Source: Squalus acanthias
Lineage: Eukaryota
DNA length: 64,000 nucleotides
NCBI GenBank assembly: GCA_030390025.1
Contig: CM059430.1
Location: 11,594,001 to 11,658,000 of the forward strand
Direction of reading: 5' to 3'
Shown here: piece by piece, positions 51,596-63,430 of the stretch
Layout: each line of letters starts with the position of its first letter
How positions within the stretch are numbered: position 1 is the first letter of the stretch
Notes under the pieces: generated by a model
Told to the model about the DNA's origin: nothing
What the model saw: the letters and a program-made list of their open reading frames with translations, nothing else
Database searches by the model: none
Translations under genes and position numbers: made by a program

Positions 51596-53129
51596 GGCTC
51601 TGATATTTACGGGGAGGCGGGGAGGAAGCAGGGGTGAGTGAAATGCTGGGAACGCGGAGGTCCTGCTGAATTTAATGGCAGGACCTCATCGACTGGCCTA
51701 GATTGAGAGGCTGGCCAACTCCCAGGCAGGGAAGCCTGCGGTAGAAGGCCGCAGCTGGGGATCGCTGGGGACGGTCCCCGGTAACCGGAGAATATGGTGG
51801 CGGGGGGGGGGGGGGGGGGGGGGCTCGGAATGCGGTAGTGAGGAGGGAGGGAAGGAGAGATCACGGGGGCAGGGGGGAAAGAGATCCTGGGGAGGCCTTT
51901 TTTATTAGTTCCTGGGATGTGGACGTCGCTGGCAATGCCAGCATTTATTACCCGTCCCTAATTGCCCTTGAGAAGGTGGTGGTGAGCCACCTTCTTGAAC
52001 CGCTGCAGTCCGTGTGGTGAAGGTGCTCCCACAGTGCTGTTAGGGAGGGAGTTCCAGGATTTTGACCCAGCGACGATGAAGGATCGGCGATATACTTCTA
52101 AGTCAGGATGGTGTGTGACTTGGAGGGGAACTTGGAGGTGGTGGTGTTCCCATGCACCTGCTGCCCTTGTCCTTCTAGGTGGAAGAGGTCGCGGGTTTGG
52201 GAGGTGCTGCCAAAGAAGCCTTGGCGAGTTGCTGCAGTGCATCTTGTAGATGGTACACACTGCAGCCACGGTACGCCGGTGGTGGGGGGAGTGAATGTTT
52301 AAGGTGGTGGATGGGGTGCCAATCAAACGGGCTGCTTTGTCCTGGATGGTGTCGAGCTTCTTGAGCGTTGTTGGAGCTTCACTCATCCAGGCAAGTGGAG
52401 AGTATTCCATCACACTCCTTACTTGTGCCTTGTAGATGGTGGAAAGGCTTTGAGGAGTCAGGAGGTGAGACACTCGCTGCAGAATACCCAACCTCTGACC
52501 TGCTCTTGTTGCCACAGTATTTATGTGGCTGGTCCAGTTAAGTTTCTGGTCAATGGTGATCCCCCAGGATGTCGATGGTGGAGGATTCGGCGATGGTAAT
52601 GCCGTTGAATGTCAAGGGGCGGTGATTAGACTCTCGCTTGTTGGAGATAGTCATTGCCTTGCACTAGTATGGCGCGAATGTTACTTGCCGCATATCAGCC
52701 TGAAGATCTCGGGGAGGGGCAATCGAGGGGAGGGAGGCAGATTGCGGCAGAAGATTTCCTTGAGGGGCCGGGGGGAAGCACTCCTGCTCCTCCTGGACTA
52801 CAAGCAGTGCTGGAAAATCACTCACCTGCTGGATCTGGCAGCTCCCACCTCCCTTTAGCTGCCGGGATTACCGAGCCCTGGGAAACTCAGGCCTCGGCCG
52901 TTAAATTCAAATGGCTGCGAAATTCTGTGGAACGCAGCCTCATTTAAATAATATAATCACAGGCCCACCTCTTCAGAGCGGGTTACGCAGTCACCCGCAA
53001 ACCTACCACGATTAAACCGGAAATAGGCGCGTTCGCAGTGGGTTGGGATCAGGGTTCACATTTTTACTAATTTAATCTCTCTCCTGCCCATCGTCGGGTG
53101 GGGAGGTGGGGTGGTGTTAAAATTCCCCC
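51596..53129. mobile_element. GC-rich non-autonomous DNA element inside the transposase
   Basis: Flanked by ATG/ATG; imperfect termini GGCTCTGATATTT ... AAAATTCCCCC; removing it restores the transposase reading. Confidence 0.75.
51897..52700 (-). mobile_element. CR1-group LINE 3' end (distinct family)
   Basis: ORF 51958..52515 reads IYKAQVRSVMEYS...WNSLP; approximate TSD GATCCTGGGGAGG/GATCTCGGGGAGG. Confidence 0.88.
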
Positions 53130-55609
53130 ATGATCTTCCAAGTCAATTCCCATTATCCAGGGAGCAAGAATGGTACATTTGTTCTGAAGCCATGCATGTG
53201 TCCTGCATTATTTGAATGTCCTGTTGGGAGATTAGAGCTACCCGTTGTAACCTTGGCTGATAACCCTAATCAGAACCTCCCACACACGAGTAAGGCACAG
53301 ATACAATGAGCCCCATGCCATCTCCTGAGGTACCGTCAAGCCCACTATAGGGATGCTGAAGTAACTATTCCTTTGTATGGAGCACTGAGGCAGCGTGCTT
53401 CTCGACAGTCCGACCAAATTCTCCAAAAATCATCAAAGAAAAGTCAGCATGCAGTAGGATGAGGGGGAGGAACACGAGGTTTACAAGCCTACAGGAAGAG
53501 AATGAAGGAAAGCGAGGAGGGCGATATGGAGGGAGCTGATGTGCAGACGTGAAATTGGTGTAGAACTCTGATGGAGAACTGGTTCCAGTAATGGACACAT
53601 CCCGCCACTGACTTTGTTTTTCCAATGAGATCCCACTCACTGCAGGCCCTACGAACATGGTGTGCATTCTTTCTATTCTAGCTGAAGGGCTATCTTTTAG
53701 CTGCCTCCCAACAACTATAACCTTTCCACTGCCCTACCAAAAGCACTTATCCCTACTAAGGATAAATAAAAAGATTAATAATTTAGTCCTATTTACATTG
53801 CAAATGTGTTCTAAGTCCTATACCCGTGCTTCTCCTTAGTGAGCATATAAGGTGTGCTTGGCAAAGCACTCCCTGAGTGGAAAAGGCAATTGTGATGGCA
53901 GGTTGCTTTGGGTTGTGCAGCCTTGTTGGAATGGTCATGGCCTTAAACCTCTGGATGCAAGGTTACGAGCTATCCCTGCAACAGCTGGAGCCATGTCTGA
54001 TGTCAGTTCCTCAGTGCTACGAGGGGCGAGGATGCATGGCTACCTTGGGAGGAAGCTGGCTCATTCGACACTTCTGCCACAATCTCGTAGCTGGGCACCC
54101 TATCTGGATGGCCAGTAAAGGGTAATGCATAAGGTCTGTCAATTGCTGAGGGGATGCTGTTTGATGTTGGCATCCTCAACGCCATGAGGCTCCCCTGCAG
54201 ATGGCCATGAAGATGCCACTCACTGTGAGTCACTTTGCATTTCCCACAGGACTGAGTGACGTTGGCGTGCACAGCTGCACCTTCTCTGCCAGCTGCTGAA
54301 TGCTGCTCTTAGCAGACTAAAAAAAATGTTGCAAGAGCCTTTTGTTCCTGCATTAACTCCTGTCTCAAGGCAGGCCTGGTAGGATACAAATATCATGTAG
54401 GTTTGCAGCCTTGCCAGATCTTTCTACGTCCTCTCCTGCCACCTCCACTTGCCCCATCTCATTTGGGAGGTGCAATTCACTTGGTGCACCTTCTTCAAAC
54501 TCACTGCTAAATGCTCCGGGGAGCTAGTAGCTGTGCTAGTGCTGGAGGCAGGGGGAGTGCTTGATGCAGTCTGCTGTGATGTGTCAGTGTCCGTGGTGCC
54601 ACTTCCTCCAGCCTTCATCTTGAGAAGAGCCTATAGCAAAAGAAAAAAAGAAGAAAACTTATCGTTCAGCGCCAAGACGATGCCTTCAGAGAGCAGTAAG
54701 GTCCTAACACATTTCTGTGCAACATTAAGAGGCCTGAGCAAGTGTAGTGCCAGCAGGGAGGTCTAAGTAAATGAATGTGGGAAAGGTAATGTAAATGGAG
54801 TGTGCTTGCTACATGATGGCACCATGCCTCCAAACTCACCCTTGCCAATCCCTTCCACAGATTCTTGGCTATTTGTTGGTCCCCCACCTGTCCTGATCCT
54901 CTCTCTCTCTCTCTCTCTGTGGTTGTGTGCAGCCTTGGCTTCTAAGCAGAACACATTTAGGAAGATGATAGCAGCTACCCGAGAGCCACAAGCAGCACCC
55001 TCTGCCCTGACCACCTCCGTCCTCGGGTCAGGACTTTGCAAATTAGCCACCAGAGTTTGTCTGCTGGCAATACTTGATGGACTTGGAAAATCAAGACATA
55101 TATTTCCTTACTCAGGCTAGATTTTCACAACCACTTCCAACTTGGATCATGAACAAAGACATTTTCCCTAGGACCCCTACCCCAGTGTTACTCTGCAACT
55201 GGCCATGAGCAATGTCAACACATTGATCCATCTGTGCCATTTGTGCCCCAATCAGTTGTTTCCTAATAACAAAATAAATGTTTTCTTTATCTTTAAACTT
55301 CTCCCCTTCCCTCTCCTCTCCTGAAGGTGCTGAATCGTGCTGGGCTACAGTTCCACAGATACTGGACACCGCCAGTACCTTAGGCAACTGTTCTTGATGT
55401 CTGAGCCAAAGGCGCTGACTGCCAACTGGCTATTTATTCCACCTTTAAAACATTATAGCAGAATTTGATTCTGTTCTTACCTGACATCCGCACTTGGACA
55501 TATTTCAGCTGGAATCTCTGGATAGCTATCGGGAATAGGATCCATAGACAACATTTTTCCTTCCCTAGTCCAGGGGTGCTGAAGCCAATTGCAATGTCCT
55601 CACTTTTGT

Positions 55610-55750
55610 ACCTATTTTTGTTAGGCAAGGGTATTAAGGATTACGGAACCATGGTGGGTAGATGGAGTTGAGATACAGATCAGCCATGATCTAATTGAAT
55701 AGCGGAACAGGCTCAAGGGGCTGAATGGCCTACTCCTGTTCCTATGTTCC
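55610..55750 (+). mobile_element. CR1 3' UTR
   Basis: GATCAGCCATGATCTAATTGAAT...CCTACTCCTGTTCCTATG. Confidence 0.85.
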
Positions 55751-55849
55751 CATTGCCACCCTAGCTGAAACCAAACATCTTCTGGCCTGTATAACATGGC
55801 ATCACATCAACTGGTGTCTTCAACCTTTCGGCCATGTTGAAGATACATG

Positions 55850-56410
55850 CAAATGTATCTCTTTCACTTAAGCTGCATGAGATGACTAATGAAGATTAGA
55901 TGGCAAGACAAGATCTTTGGCATTGAAGTTCTTAAAAAAGCTGACGTGCCAAGTATAGATGCTCTGATCATGAAGGCACGGCTGTGGTGGTCAGGTCATG
56001 TGGTGCGAATGTCTAATGAACGAAACCCAAAGAAGATCTTTTATGGCGCATTGAAGCGATTTTGTGTTCAGCAAAAGAGATATAAAACTGCTTAAAAGCA
56101 ACTCTGAAACAGTGCAAAATAGACGTCCATCAGTGGAAACAACTTGCTCAAGATATGAAAGCATGGCAAAAAACCATCCATGGTGCCACCTCCTACCATG
56201 AGGCCCGTCACATTGCTGGTGCTGAATGTAAATGCCAGCTGATGAAGTCTCACTTGAAAAAAGCAAAATTCCCAGCCTGGCGTATCCAGGATCCACTGTT
56301 CAATCTGCGGATGCTCATTCCCAGCAAAAATAGGTCTGGTCAGCCATCAAAGAACTTACTTCAAAAAATATGATATTCTAGCCATCTTTTGCAATATCGA
56401 AGGACAAACG
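55850..56410 (+). mobile_element. Older RTE-clade LINE 3' relic
   Basis: ORF 55889..56095 reads IRWQDKI...PSIDALI...WSGHVVRM...PKKIFYG. Confidence 0.8.
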
Positions 56411-56432
56411 TGCAACGGCGACTTGAGACATT

Positions 56433-57176
56433 GGCCCAGAAATTAAAGACGGAGCCTTCCTGCGGGGGTAAGGCTTCCCCGCGATATCTCACTGCGCGCC
56501 TGCCTTTTCATTCTGAGCTCGCACGAACTTGATTTTCTAGACAGCAGCTGTGCAGTGCTTCCGTATCCCACAGGCGCAGTTAATTCGTGCGAGCTGTGGG
56601 ATCACGTGATTCAGTTAGAGCCAATGGCAGCACACCATCTTTCATTCATAGTTTTCACAGCAAGTGCTGTGAAAGCTATGAATCTATACCCCCTCAAAAG
56701 AACAGCTAAACCTCAATTAATTTTTTTTTAAAAACCATCACATTAATAAAATAAGTATAGTTAAATAAATTAACCACTTTAAACAAAAAATTAAATTTTT
56801 GAAAAAATGTAAAATCTTTTAAAAAGTTATAAAAATAAACTTACCTTTCTTTAAAGTCTCTAAAAAAGATATACCTGTTGAAAAAAATTCAAAATAATAC
56901 TTAATTAACTACTTACCTTGTTAAAAGAGGGTCTTACGCCTCCTTTCTTTATGTGCAAAATCTTCCATGCTTACCTGCGCATTCAAAGCACTAAGTGCAC
57001 TGCGTGCGCGCAGCCTGTAGCGCGCACGCGGTTCACTTAGGAACCGCCCCCTTTTGAAATCACCAAGTGCCGGTTTTCAGCGCATGCGCAGTGCATGCAG
57101 AAAACCGGCAATTGGAGACAGAATACGCGAGAGTACACAGTGCGTACTCTCGCGTAGAGACACTAATTTTTGGGCC
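56433..57176. mobile_element. Harbinger-type non-autonomous element, family 2 copy F
   Basis: TIR GGCCCAGAAATTA/TAATTTTTGGGCC; exact TSD ATT. Confidence 0.88.
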
Positions 57177-57189
57177 ATTAAGACTAATT

Positions 57190-57580
57190 GCACTGGAGCG
57201 GAGAAGGATCAGAGCAGGTGTAATAGAGAATTAAAAAATTATGAAGGGTTTTGAATAACAAAGAACTACTTCTTCTTGCTGGAAAGTCAGTGTCAAAGTG
57301 TCATCAATTTGAAGTTGTCACAATGAGAGTGAGGAAAGAGGTTGGGAGAAATTTCTCTTTGCAGAGGATTGCAGGAGCATGGAGTGCTTTGCCACAGGGA
57401 ATGGTTGAGGCAGAGACCGTTGCACCTTTTAAGGGGAATTTAGATAAATATTTAAAGCAGAGGCTATGGGGAGAACACTGGGCAACGGGACGAGTTTGAA
57501 TTACTCTGGCAGAACACCGACACAGAAACGATAAGCCAACTGGCCTCCTTCTGTGCTGTAAACTTCTCGGATTCACATGT
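57190..57580 (+). mobile_element. Old CR1 3' end
   Basis: ORF 57251..57499 reads RNFSLQRIAGAWSALP...FKGNLDKYLK. Confidence 0.8.
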
Positions 57581-58352
57581 GATAACAGCACAACAGTCCT
57601 CCTTCCGTTTCTTAGGCCATCTGATTGTTATCCCTTACTCCTGAATTCAAAAGAAAAAAAACTTCATGGCCTGATGTTCATCAATAATATGCATTTACAG
57701 TTTGCAGAACTTAATAAAAAAATCACCTCAGCAGCAGTTACTTTTTCTCATACTATTTAGTGAAATTAAATTCATCACAAAGTCTGCGTAACTGTGTCTT
57801 GTGTTATTTAATGAAATCAGAGATTTATTTGTCAGCTTTAGAGCCTAAAAGTTATGTATTTGGATGGTAATCTTTTTCGTATTTCCCACAGTGCCTCAGG
57901 TTTTAGTTAAGGACCCCAGTCAGTTCCTGTCCACTGGGACAACAAGCAGGAACTCACATTAAACAGTGAGAATGCTGTATCATACTTTAAGGGAAATGTC
58001 AACGTATTATCGATTGCTTGTTTGGATTAGAATTCTCTGCTGCCAAAAAATAACCTAAAAAAAAGTAATTTCTTCGGTGCAGTGTTGGCTATAGCTGAGT
58101 GTGCCTGGATGGATGTATTACGCATGTCAGATCTGTCAGCAGTTTGTATTTCTGGGATTTTTGTAAAGTTATACACCCAGTGCTGAAAGGTTTCACAGGA
58201 ACTTCAATCAAAGGAGGTTTTTCTGTCGGATTAAGAACAGAAAGCACAGTTTTAAGGGATGTTGTAATAATGTATATTACATGCATATAATAATACGTTT
58301 AATTTTTATTAAATCACACAGGTCCGTAGTTTACAAAATAACAGCCACAGGG

Positions 58353-58542
58353 TGGGAGAAATTTCTCTTTGCAGAGGATTGCAGGAGCATGGAATGCTTT
58401 GCCACAGGGAATGGTTGAGGCAGAGACCGTTGCACCTTTTAAGGGGAATTTAGATAAATATTTAAAGCAGAGGCTATGGGGAGAACACTGGGCAACGGGA
58501 CGAGTTTAAATTACTCTGGCAGAACACCGACACAGAAACGAT
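58353..58542 (+). repeat. Direct duplicate of 57343-57532
   Basis: 188/190 identical by manual comparison; offset 1010 bp. Confidence 0.95.
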
Positions 58543-59186
58543 TAAGTAAGACTGGCAACCTTTTGAGTTGTTAGTGGGCAGGATGCGATTAGCAAATGGA
58601 CCCCAGCCATCAATTGAGTGGTAGAGGAGGTGGGCTGGGTGAGAAGCAGTGGGCATGGTGGCTCCCATGTGGAATGACGATGGTGGTCTTTGACGGGTTT
58701 TCAATTCTAAAAGCACACCAGTGTATTACCAGAGTTACATCAGAGGTGTTATCTGTATTTTTCCTCTTTTTAATCACCTCTCATGGCATTTGCTACAACG
58801 TGCCTCCTCTTTCATTTGGCAAAGCCGGAACAGACTGCTCTGCAGTCGTCTCCCTCAGTACTGCCGGTGCCGTTCCAGAACACTTTGTTCTAGCATTGCA
58901 CTTCATTAAGCAACTGAGCCAGCAACTGACGAAACTGAAACAATTAATGCACTGTGAGTAAGCGCCAATGATTAGAAATTAAGCACTAAATTTATCCAGA
59001 TTGGAATTATTTTTGACAGCAGCAGAGACATGGGGGTGGCAGATTCCATCTGTCTTTTGTCGCTTTTATTATCCTGACCCCAACCCCTCTCTCGCCCTAG
59101 AAATCAACATAATGGGTCAATTGTATACGAAACTGAGTTGAAAAATCAGAAACAGTTGAGGAACATTTTAACATTGCCAGTGCACA

Positions 59187-60746
59187 TCTTTCTTCTTCTT
59201 CTTAGGCAGTCCCTCGGAACCGAGGATGACTTGCTTCCACACTAAAAATGAGTTCTCAGGTGGCTGATGAGTCCAATGCGGGACCTACAGTCTCTGTCAC
59301 AGATGGGGCAGACGGTGGTTGAAGGGGCGGGTGGGTGGGGTGCTTGGGTTGACGTGCGCTCCTAGCGCTGCTTGCGCTTGGCTTCTGCTTGCTCCCGGGG
59401 AAGAGACTCGAGGTGTTCAGCGCCTTCCCGAATGCTGCTCCTCTACTTTGTGCGGTCTTGGGCCAGGGATTCCCAGGTGTCGGTGGGGATGTTGCACTTT
59501 GTCAAGGAGGCTTTGAGGGTGTCCTTGAAGTGTTTCCTCTGCCCACCTGGGGCTCTCTTGCTGTGCCGGAGCTCCGAGTAGAGTGCTTGTTTTCGGAGTC
59601 TCGTATCGGGCATGCGGACAATGTGGCCCGTCCATCAGAGCTCATCGAGCGTGGTCAAAGCTTCGATGCTGGGGATATTGACCTGAGCGAGAACACTGAT
59701 GTTGGTGCGCCTATCCTGCCAAAGGATTTGCAGGATCTTGCGGAGGCAGCGTTGGTGGTACCTCTCCAGTGCTTTGAGGTGCCTGCTGTACATGGTCCAT
59801 GCCTCTGAAGCATACAGGAGGGCGGGTATCACTACTGCTCTATAGACCATGAGCTTGGTGCCAGGTTTGAGGTCCTGGTCTTCAAACACTCTCTTCCTCA
59901 GGCGACTGAAGGCTGCACTGGCACACTGAAGGCAGTGTTGGACTTCGTCATCAACGTCTGCCCTTGTTGACAGTAGACCCCCGAGGTATGGAAAGTGGTC
60001 CACGTTGTCCAAGGCCTCGTCATGGATTTTGATAATCGGGGAGCAACTGTGTGGCGGGGGCAGGTTGGTAGAGGACCTTTGTCTTACGGATGTTTAGTGT
60101 AAGGCCTATGCTCTCATACACTTTGGTGAAGGTGTTGACGATGGTTTGGAGTTCGACCTCGGAGTGTGCGCAGACGCAAGCGTCTGCATACTGTAATTCG
60201 GTGACAGAGGATGGGACGACCTTGGATCTGGACTGGAGGCGATGGAGGTTGAACAGTTTCCCGTTTATTCTGTAGATTAGCTCCACTCTAGCAGGGAGCT
60301 TACTGAGGGTGAGATGGAGCATTGCAGCAAGGAAGATCGAGAGAGCATTGGTGTGATGACACAGTCTTGCTTGACCTCGGTCCGTATGTGAATTAGGTCT
60401 GTGGTGGATCTGTTGGTCAGGATCATAGCTTGCATTTCATCATGAAGGAGGCAGAGGATGGTGACAAACTTTTGAGGGCAGCCGAATTTGAGGAGGACAC
60501 CCCATAATTCCTCACGGTTGATGGTGTCGAATGCCTTTGTGAGGTCAAAGAAGGCCATGTACAGCGGTTGGTGCTGTTCCCTGCATTTCTCTTGTAATTG
60601 ACGTGCAGTGAAGATCATGTCCATTGTGCCCCTTAGTGGGCGGATTCCGCATTGCAACTCTGGGAGGAGCTCTTCAGCCACTGGGAGAAGGCGATTGAGG
60701 AGGATTCTTGCGATGACTTTCCCTGTGGCAGACAGCAGGGAGACTC
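59187..60746 (-). mobile_element. RTE-clade LINE with disrupted RT
   Basis: ORFs 60277..60681 (MAFFDLTKAFDT), 60020..60322 (ELQYADA) and 59635..60012; (GAA)n tail; same family as 8360-9292. Confidence 0.94.
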
Positions 60747-60769
60747 ACTTGAAGTAGACACACTGTAAG

Positions 60770-60960
60770 GAGGTCGGGACACAGGAGCGAGGTCGGGACC
60801 CAAGAGCGAGGACAGGGCCCAGGAGCGAGGTCGAGGCCCAGGAGCAAGGACAAGGCCCAGGAACGAGGTCAGGACTCAGGAGCGAGGACAAGGCCCAGGG
60901 GTGAGGTCAGGACCCAGGAGCGAGGATGAGGCCCAGGAGCAAGGTCGAGGCCCAGGAGTA
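60770..60960 (+). repeat. 19-bp GC-rich tandem repeat (about 10 units)
   Basis: CAGGAGCGAGGTCGGGACC-like units at 60782, 60801, 60820 and 60839, alternating GGTC and GGAC variants. Confidence 0.9.
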
Positions 60961-61157
60961 GCACAGCGTGGGCCAGCAACAGGGTCGGAAGGACCACACT
61001 GCAGCCGGTGCACAATAATATTACTGGAACGAGCGGTACTTCTCTCGGTGATAAAGGATATACCATTGATCACCCATATAACCAGGGATTCACTGTTCCC
61101 TGTAACCAAATGTTAGTATTGCTCTCTTGCTATAGGCAGAAGCTGATATTACCCTTC

Positions 61158-62520
61158 ACTATAACCAGGGGATAGTATAACACTACTCTATAACCAGGGG
61201 ATAGTATAACACTCACTATAACCAGGGGATAGTATAACACTCACTATAACCAGGGGATAGTATAACACTCATTATAACCAGGGGATAGTATAACACTCAC
61301 TATAACCAGGGGATAGTATAACACTCACTATAACCAGGAGATTGTATAACACTCACTATAACCAGGAGATTGTATATCACTTGTCTATAACCAGGGGATA
61401 GTATAACACTCACTATAACCAGGGGATAGTATAACCCTCACTATAACCAGGGGATAGTATAACACTCACTATAACCAGGAGATTGTATAACACTCATTAT
61501 AACCAGGGGATAGTATAACACTCATTATAACCAGGGGATAGTATAACACTCACTATAACCAGGAGATTGTATAACACTCACTATAACCAGGAGATTGTAT
61601 ATCACTTGTCTATAACCAGGGGATAGTATAACACTCACTATAACCAGGGGATAGTATAACACTCACTATAACCAGGAGATTGTATAACACTCATTATAAC
61701 CAGGGGATAGTATAACACTCACTATAACCAGGGGATAGTATAACACTCACTATAACCAGGAGATTGTATATCACTTGTCTATAACCAGGGGATAGTATAA
61801 CACTCAGTATAACCAGGGGATAGTATAACACTCACTGTAACCAGGGGATAGTATAACACTCACTATAACCAGGGGATAGTATAACACTCACTATAACCAG
61901 GAGATTGTATATCACTTGTCTATAACCAGGGGATAGTATAACCCTCACTATAACCAGGGGATAGTATAACACTCACTATAACCAGGGGATAGTATAACAC
62001 TCACTGTAACCAGGGGATAGTATAACACTCACTATAACCAGGGGATAGTATAACACTCACTGTAACCAGGGGATAGTATAACACTCACTGTAACCAGGGG
62101 ATAGTATAACACTCACTATAACCAGGAGATTGTATATCACTTGTCTATAACCAGGGGATAGTATAACACTCACTATAACCAGGGGATAGTATAACACTCA
62201 CTATAACCAGGGGATAGTATAACACTCACTATAACCAGGGGATAGTATAACACTCACTATAACCAGGAGATTGTATAACACTCACTATAACCAGGAGATT
62301 GTATATCACTTGTCTATAACCAGGGGATAGTATAACACTCAGTATAACCAGGGGATAGTATAACATTCACTATAACCAGGGGATAGTATAACACTCACTA
62401 TAACCAGGGGATAGTATAACACTCAGTATAACCAGGGGATAGTATAACATTCACTATAACCAGGGGATAGTATAACACTCACTATAACCAGGGGATTGTA
62501 TATCACTTGTCTATAAGCAG
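61158..62520. repeat. 28-bp minisatellite (about 48 units)
   Basis: Unit ACTATAACCAGGGGATAGTATAACACTC with recurring variants. Confidence 0.98.
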
Positions 62521-62844
62521 AGGATAATATAGAACTCAGCTATAGTCATTCTATCCCCTGGTAATAGTGCAAATTCTGCTGCAGTACAAGGATAATACCA
62601 GTCTCTGCTATATTCTGAGGAGGTAGTACTGTCTCCACTAAGTGTCCAGGCGATAGTACTGTTCTCTGCTATGTGGACCCGCAGTTTAATATCTCATCTA
62701 ACAATGCCGCACTCCCTCAGCTGTACACCAGCCTAGATTATGCACTCAAGTCCTGATGTGAAGCAAACCCCAAACCTTGTGACCCAAAGTGCTTCGAACT
62801 GAGCCAAGCTGAAATCAACTAAGAAAACTTTTATTATTTTATTT

Positions 62845-63430
62845 TAAATTATTATAAAGAATTAGGTCAATTAGTATTGAGGGCGTGCTGCACTGTCGGA
62901 AGGTGCCGTCTTTCGGATGAGACGTTAAACCGAGGCTCCGTCTACTCTCTCAGGTGGACGTAAAAGATCCCATGGCACTATTTCGAAGAAGAGCAGGAAA
63001 GTGTCCTGGCCAATATTTATCCCTCATCAACATCACTAAAACAGATTATCTGGTCATTATCACATTGCTGTTTGTGGGAGCTTGCTTTGCGCAAATTGGC
63101 TGTCGCATTTCCTACATTACAACAGTGACTACACCTCAAAAAGCATTTCATTGGCTGTAAAGCGCTTTGGGACGTCCGGTGATCGTGAAAGGCGCTATAT
63201 AAATGCAAGTCTTTCTTTCAATCCGCAGAGGCTTCAATTTTCCTTTATTATGGAGCAGATCTTTCTTTTTGCCTCCTGTATCAACGAACTAGAGGCTGTC
63301 ACTTGTCTTTTCAGACACAAGACCACCGATCATCCGCTCCTGCAGCCGCACATCCTCCAAGAGCTCCTCCACTCCGGTCACATCACTGTGTTTGGTCCAG
63401 TTCTTCTTGTTCTTGTTGAGCCGCCTGCAC
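62845..63430 (-). pseudogene. NOP53: Processed pseudogene fragment of ribosome biogenesis factor NOP53 (GLTSCR2/PICT1), N-terminal part
   Basis: RRLNKNKKNWTKHSDVTGVEELLEDVRLQERMIGGLVSEKTSDSL*FVDTGGKKKDLLHNKGKLKPLRI[SINE]DLIL matches human FLEDVRLQERTSGGLLSE...LFFVDTG...KPLRVDLIL as I recall it; in-frame TAG at 63289-63291. Confidence 0.9.
62872..63217 (+). mobile_element. 5'-truncated DeuSINE inside the NOP53 fragment
   Basis: TSD TCAAT at 62867-62871 and 63218-63222. Confidence 0.92.

Larger units (their letters stand above)
51190..53640 (+). pseudogene. Decayed Harbinger transposase split by nested elements
   Basis: QGVIDGTHVAMR...TINVQIILDYRNM before 51595; IFQVNSHYPGS...LLGD*SYPL*PWLIT...RYNEPH...TIGMLK after 53130. 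Confidence 0.88.

Noticed and set aside
61158-62520. CRISPR-like periodic array
   Set aside because: Units are contiguous with no unique spacers, there are no cas genes, and the context is vertebrate; it is a minisatellite.
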